Origin: a virus
IMG/VR virus record: IMGVR_UViG_3300025072_002799
Coordinates: 32,001 to 96,000 of that record
DNA length: 64,000 bases
Direction: 5' to 3' (one strand)
Shown: piece by piece, positions 59,841-64,000 of the stretch
How the letters are laid out: each line of letters begins with the position of its first letter
Position numbering within the stretch: position 1 is the first letter of the stretch
Made by a program: the position numbers and the translations under genes
The notes under the pieces: generated by a model
What the model was told of the DNA's origin: nothing
What the model saw: only the letters and a program-made list of their open reading frames with translations
Databases searched by the model: none

Positions 59841-61028
59841 ATGTATTTGCAAAGTCAAGAAGGCATTTTGCCAAGTCAAAAAATAAAGATAAAATATGAT
59901 TGCAGTAGTGGATTTGAACGTTGTGGAAAAGAGTGGGAAATAAAATTAAAAGATGCATTAAAAAATGAGCAAAAAAATAAAGGAAAGCACATTTGTAGAA
60001 AATGCACATTAAAATGTAACAACCCCATGAAGAATAAAGAAAACATTGAAAAAATAAAGAGGACAAATTTGAAAAAATATGGAATGGAACATCCATTAAA
60101 TTCAAAAAAAGAAATTGATAAGCGAAAAGAATTAATGAAAGATCCAGAATTTAAAAAGAAATGGATAGAAAGTAAAAAGCAAGGATCTATTAAAAAGTAT
60201 GGAGTAGATCATCCTATGAAAAGTGATATATGCAAAAAGAATTTAGTTAACACCATGCAAAAAAGATATGGCGTTGATCATATGTTGCAAGATCCTGAAG
60301 CTGTCAAAAGGATGCAGGAGACTAACGTTAAGAAGTATGGCGTTAAAAATGTGGCATCTTTGCCAGAAGTTCGTGATAAAATGAAAAAAACAATGTCGGA
60401 AAGATATGGAGTTAATCATTACAATCAACTTCCAGAAATGAAAAAATACTTACGAGAAAATTGCCGTGAGTGGTTGTCAGAAAGTTACAAAAACCCTTGG
60501 GCAAAAGGAATTACAAGACCAAAGGAATGGAATGAAAAGCAAAGTGTATCCATGAACAATTTGATTGAGAGCGGACAATGGAAAGGAGGCGGAAATAACA
60601 CTTACAAAGGAACTTATGATTCCACAAAATGCATAAGAGGAAAGTCCATTTACAGGTCAGGGTATGAACTACAAACGCATGTTCATTTAGATAATGATGA
60701 AAACGTAGAATTTTATGATTATGAGCCATTTCAAATTCCATATTATGACACGGAAGATCACAAAAGATATTACACCATTGATTTTATAATCAAGTATAAA
60801 TCAGGAGGTTTATTAGCAGTTGAAGTTAAAAACAACTACACTAAAGAAGAATTTCTTAATCACAACAAGTATAAAGCAGCTAAGTCTTTGTTCGAAGAGG
60901 AAAAAATTGAATTTGAAATTTGGACAAATGATAAAATAGAAAGTTTAGGTTTAACTTTATCAGATTTATTGGAAGATGATCGAGTGAATTCAATAAGCGT
61001 TCCAAAGACTAAAACTGAAATAACTTAA
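59841..61028 (+). mobile_element. Free-standing TnsA-like PD-(D/E)XK (homing) endonuclease with KYGV repeats
   Basis: Five 'K/RYG(V/M)' repeats and C-terminal 'YRS.YE...LD......YEP..IPY...Y..DF...VEVK'. Confidence 0.75.
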
Positions 61029-61831
61029 AAATCAAACTCTTTCTGTTTAAGCTTAGGTTCTTCGCCTTCTGGTGTATCTACATCAAAAGCTATTTTCTTT
61101 AATCTATTCAATGCTGGCCAAGCGGCATGTTTGAACTGTGCGATTATTTTTTTAAGATCTAATGATGGATGCGCATAATACGTGTATCTTTTCCCGTTTA
61201 TCACAACGACAATAGAGTACACGCCTGCATATTGTGATTTGCTAACAATAAATGGTTTATTATTTTCTGTGTTTTCATTTAGATCTGGGAATTGCTGTTT
61301 TATCTTATCAATGTTTTGATGAACCCATGACATGAATTTTCTTTCTTCACCTTCTGGTCCTTGCTCAAAAGTTTGACCCTTTGTTTCTCTTTCTATTTCA
61401 TGAGTAGCTTCATGAATAATTGTGGAAGCGATCTGAATAACTGCCTCCCAATCACTCTTTGCCTGCGACAGTATCCTATTTACGTTAACGTGAATGGTAT
61501 CACCACGCCTGATTGTTCTTTCATCTATGTCTGGGAAGTATTGTTTAATTACAGAAGTTGGGACATTGCCTATATTGTCTTTTGTTACATTTCCACGATA
61601 TATTAAATTCTGTTCTACGTCAGGAGGCATAATTTTTTTATTCTCTCCTGAGTTATACATCCCATAAGCCCCAGATGCTAGATTGGCAATTGTAGAGATA
61701 TTTTCCAAAAACTTAGGATCATACATTCTAACAACATTTATAGCAATTTTTGCTTTGTCGTATAGATGCTCTATTTCATGAGAATCCACGTTTTGATCTT
61801 GTTGTGTTACAAATTCTTTAAAATTAATCAT
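61025..61831 (-). CDS. HExxH putative metalloprotease with capsid-targeting-like N-terminus
   Basis: Starts MINFKEFV and contains 'STIIHEATHE'. Confidence 0.6.
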   Translation of the reverse strand: MINFKEFVTQQDQNVDSHEIEHLYDKAKIAINVVRMYDPKFLENISTIANLASGAYGMYNSGENKKIMPPDVEQNLIYRGNVTKDNIGNVPTSVIKQYFPDIDERTIRRGDTIHVNVNRILSQAKSDWEAVIQIASTIIHEATHEIERETKGQTFEQGPEGEERKFMSWVHQNIDKIKQQFPDLNENTENNKPFIVSKSQYAGVYSIVVVINGKRYTYYAHPSLDLKKIIAQFKHAAWPALNRLKKIAFDVDTPEGEEPKLKQKEFDF

Positions 61832-61842
61832 AAATATCTTTT

Positions 61843-62085
61843 ATGGATTACGGTGAAAAACTACAAGTTTATATACCCAATGAACGAACAGAAATTTTAA
61901 TGAAAGAGTGTGGGTACAAGGATTGCTCAAAGTTCCTTGATGACTCTTTATCAATCATAGAGTGGTTGGTGTCACACAAGCGTCAAGGAATGTGTGTTGG
62001 TGCGTTTACGCATGAGAACAAGAGATATTCTAAGATGTATCATCCAATGCTAGAAACAGTGTCAGCAAAAGCCTCAGAGGACTAG
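61843..62085 (+). CDS. Small hypothetical protein
   Basis: ORF with CATAAATA 6 nt upstream. Confidence 0.5.
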   Translation: MDYGEKLQVYIPNERTEILMKECGYKDCSKFLDDSLSIIEWLVSHKRQGMCVGAFTHENKRYSKMYHPMLETVSAKASED

Positions 62086-62456
62086 TCCCAATCAGGTCGC
62101 CAATACATTGAGGAAGCAAAAGCTTTTGCAAGAGAATAATCTTGGTAACGACCCTTATTGTTTACAAATCCTGCGTTTTTGTAAAACCTTTGCAAAGCGG
62201 CCTTTTTTCGCGGCTCGGCTTCTGGTGCTAAAACTATTGGCTTTCCCACAGAAGCGGCATATTTTTTGAATCTATTCAAGACTTCAGACCCAACTCCTTT
62301 GCCTTGCACATCTGGGTATACCTTAATCGCACTAATTTCTATGCGACTGTCTGTTTCCCAAGCATATAGATCTTCAAGTTGAGGAAACTCTTTCTTGAGA
62401 GAATCAACAAGCTGATCTAATGCCCCAGTGTTTTCAAGCCAAATTCTAAATTCCAT
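62082..62456 (-). CDS. GNAT acetyltransferase with capsid-targeting-like N-terminus
   Basis: Acetyl-CoA loop 'V.PDVQGKGVGS' and 'RFYKNAGF'. Starts MEFRIWLE. Confidence 0.8.
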   Translation of the reverse strand: MEFRIWLENTGALDQLVDSLKKEFPQLEDLYAWETDSRIEISAIKVYPDVQGKGVGSEVLNRFKKYAASVGKPIVLAPEAEPRKKAALQRFYKNAGFVNNKGRYQDYSLAKAFASSMYWRPDWD

Positions 62457-62520
62457 AATTTTATTCATACCGCCCTTGAAATCCATACTGTATTTAGGCA
62501 AAATGAGCAAAGACTTACGG

Positions 62521-62548
62521 TTGACATATCAATTTTGTAGTCTACAAT
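62521..62548 (+). promoter_or_regulatory. Near-consensus sigma70 promoter
   Basis: TTGACA-N16-TACAAT. Confidence 0.7.
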
Positions 62549-62600
62549 TGTTTGATCGGGCATTTTCCCGATAATTCTCGTTATTACCAGGAGTTAAAAG

Positions 62601-62945
62601 ATGAAAGCTTTTGTATTGTTTTGTGCTGTTGTTGGATGTTCGATGTTTGCAATGCCATCACAGGCTGATGCTGGATGTGTAGTACGCAGACCAGTCGTAA
62701 ACACTGTTAGGTTCTTTAAGAACAAGAAGCCAGTTCGCACAGTAGCCAAGAATGTTGGCGTTAAAGTGAAGAATGTTGGCGTTAAAGTGAAGAATGTTGG
62801 CGTTAAAGTGAAGAATGTTGGCGTTAAAGTGAAGAATGTTGGCGTTAAAGTGAAGAATGTTGGCGTTAAAGTGAAGAATGTCGCTAAAGCAGCTAAGAAG
62901 GTCGTCTTCCGTAAGGTTGTCTTCCGTGGTTGTGGTTGTCGCTAA
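62601..62945 (+). CDS. Secreted cationic repeat protein
   Basis: Signal peptide ending in A-D-A, then (KNVGVKV)6 and a Cys-containing C-terminus. SD AGGAG. Confidence 0.75.
   Translation: MKAFVLFCAVVGCSMFAMPSQADAGCVVRRPVVNTVRFFKNKKPVRTVAKNVGVKVKNVGVKVKNVGVKVKNVGVKVKNVGVKVKNVGVKVKNVAKAAKKVVFRKVVFRGCGCR
62748..62873 (+). repeat. Perfect 21-bp tandem repeat, 6 copies
   Basis: AAGAATGTTGGCGTTAAAGTG repeated six times, plus a partial seventh copy. Confidence 0.97.
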
Positions 62946-62950
62946 ACTTT

Positions 62951-62982
62951 AAAAAAACGCCCCTTCGGGGGCGTTTTTTTTT
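62951..62982 (+). terminator. Rho-independent terminator
   Basis: AAAAAAACGCCCC-TTCG-GGGGCGTTTTTTT. Confidence 0.9.
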
Positions 62983-63032
62983 ATCTTTTTCAGATACATA
63001 TCGTGTACTTATTTTTTAGCAAAGATCAAGCA

Positions 63033-63281
63033 ATGATTGAAAACCCTTCTGAGAATCACAGGATTATAATGGATAGAATTGAACAAAATGAGCGAAAGTC
63101 AAATTGGGCAATGTTCAAAATCGCCCTATGTCTTTGGAGTTGTTGGTGCATCAGTGCTTTGTTTCTAAACCCAGTGTTATTGATATATCCTGCCGCTTGG
63201 CTGACAATCCTTAGTGGCTTCTTCATTTTCAATGCTGTTTACAACAAAGTGTCCAAGATAAGAAGCAGACCTACTTCTTAG
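63033..63281 (+). CDS. Small two-TM membrane protein
   Basis: Two hydrophobic segments and a basic C-terminus. Confidence 0.5.
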   Translation: MIENPSENHRIIMDRIEQNERKSNWAMFKIALCLWSCWCISALFLNPVLLIYPAAWLTILSGFFIFNAVYNKVSKIRSRPTS

Positions 63282-63402
63282 GTTTTTTCTTCTTTTTCTT
63301 CTTTTTCTTTTTATCTTTACTTCCAAACGCCAACTCCCAGTTAGATGCGTACTTCTCATAAGAAACAAAGCTTTTTCTTGTTTTGTCGCCTTTTCCGTTC
63401 AT
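63271..63402 (-). CDS. Small Lys-tailed protein, 43 aa (not in the ORF track)
   Basis: Manual translation gives MNGKGDKTRKSFVSYEKYASNWELAFGSKD(K)10PKK, with SD GGAG. Confidence 0.6.
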   Translation of the reverse strand: MNGKGDKTRKSFVSYEKYASNWELAFGSKDKKKKKKKKKKPKK

Positions 63403-63442
63403 TTACTTCTCCTTTTTAACGATTTATATAAAGGAGTGTTGT

Positions 63443-63655
63443 ATGGACAATCTTGACTTGCATGGCATTCGTCACCATGAAGTGGAAAGAGAAGTAGAGA
63501 ATTTTGTCCTCACATGCCACTTCCCTTCTAGGATCGTAACTGGAAACAGTATTACCATGAAACGTATTGTGGAAAATGTTCTTGAAAGGTATAATCTTGT
63601 TGGAGATCCAGAAAGCGACTGGAATTTGGGATCATTAATTATTAAGGAAAGCTAA
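63443..63655 (+). CDS. Stand-alone Smr-like domain protein
   Basis: 'LDLHG' and 'IVTG' motifs, SD AAGGAG. Confidence 0.7.
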   Translation: MDNLDLHGIRHHEVEREVENFVLTCHFPSRIVTGNSITMKRIVENVLERYNLVGDPESDWNLGSLIIKES

Positions 63656-63656
63656 C

Positions 63657-64000
63657 ATGCTTCATGGTTTTGACTGGGACTTCGGACAGTTTTCTGTTGC
63701 TGATTATAGCACATTAGACTTTTTGATAAAAATGCACGCTTCTGACTTTTCATTTTACCACACTGGTAGTAGGTTTTTGAAAAGCGATTTAGTAATGAAT
63801 AATACTGATTATGATTTTTTCATAAAGAGGGATGGTTTTATAAGTGAAATTGCCATACAAAGATTTCTTGAAAATTTAAGACATCCATCAGTTTGTCATT
63901 ATTCATTTAGGGAGCTAAGATTTCACCGCACCAACAATAATGGTGGATACTATATGGGAATAAGATTTAGAGCAGACACACACCCTTCAATAGATGTTTT
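63657..64000 (+). CDS. Putative nucleotidyltransferase-fold protein, 3'-truncated
   Basis: The frame is open to the window end, with 'TGSR.......TDYDFF' and a later 'IDV'. Confidence 0.5.
   Translation, partial: MLHGFDWDFGQFSVADYSTLDFLIKMHASDFSFYHTGSRFLKSDLVMNNTDYDFFIKRDGFISEIAIQRFLENLRHPSVCHYSFRELRFHRTNNNGGYYMGIRFRADTHPSIDV

Noticed and set aside
59841-61028. Tn7-like transposon
   Set aside because: Only a TnsA-like nuclease domain is present, with no transposase, ATPase or terminal repeats.
62748-62873. 21-bp repeats as a CRISPR array
   Set aside because: The copies are directly adjacent with no spacers and lie in frame within a coding sequence.
63177-63368. Track ORF MFLMRSTH... on the minus strand
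   Set aside because: An alternative frame (63271-63402) has a clear SD, a smaller overlap and a more typical phage small-protein sequence.
1-64000. Stop-codon reassignment as seen in some jumbo phages
   Set aside because: Conserved genes are full length under code 11, and TAA, TAG and TGA all end genes at sensible boundaries.
1-64000. tRNA, rRNA or group I intron
   Set aside because: Intergenic gaps are short and no cloverleaf or intron core was recognised by eye. tRNAscan-SE/Infernal would be needed to exclude them fully.

Overview
This window is part of a large, AT-rich T4-related (gp17/gp20/gp21/gp22/gp23-type) tailed-phage genome, probably a jumbo myophage, using the standard genetic code. 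From 1 to about 20 kb it holds baseplate and tail genes: a hub, a gp5/VgrG-like spike, gp25, a gp6/J-like and a P2-I-like wedge protein, two diverged tail-tube paralogs and three paralogous PKD proteins, with a LAGLIDADG endonuclease inserted among them. From about 20 to 46 kb lies an accessory region encoding a J-domain protein, GT9, an actin-family ATPase, GlpX, primase, two DNA methyltransferases, a Cas4/RecB-like nuclease, S1, M4/M36 and M28 proteases, a lipoprotein, MscL and a three-gene MotA/ExbB-ExbD-like membrane module. From about 46 to 60 kb is the head module: terminase, an intein-containing portal, core protein, prohead protease, scaffold and major capsid protein, followed by a TnsA-like endonuclease and small genes. 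Three candidate novel systems stand out: (1) a volactin-like actin with neighbouring candidate adaptors, a possible actin-based phage cytoskeleton; (2) a phage-encoded ion-motor trio plus MscL and exported proteases; (3) at least eight unrelated proteins sharing a T4-like N-terminal capsid-targeting tag, some carrying enzyme domains (GNAT, HExxH, PcfJ-like). All family assignments come from motif recognition, not database searches. No tRNA, rRNA or CRISPR array was seen.
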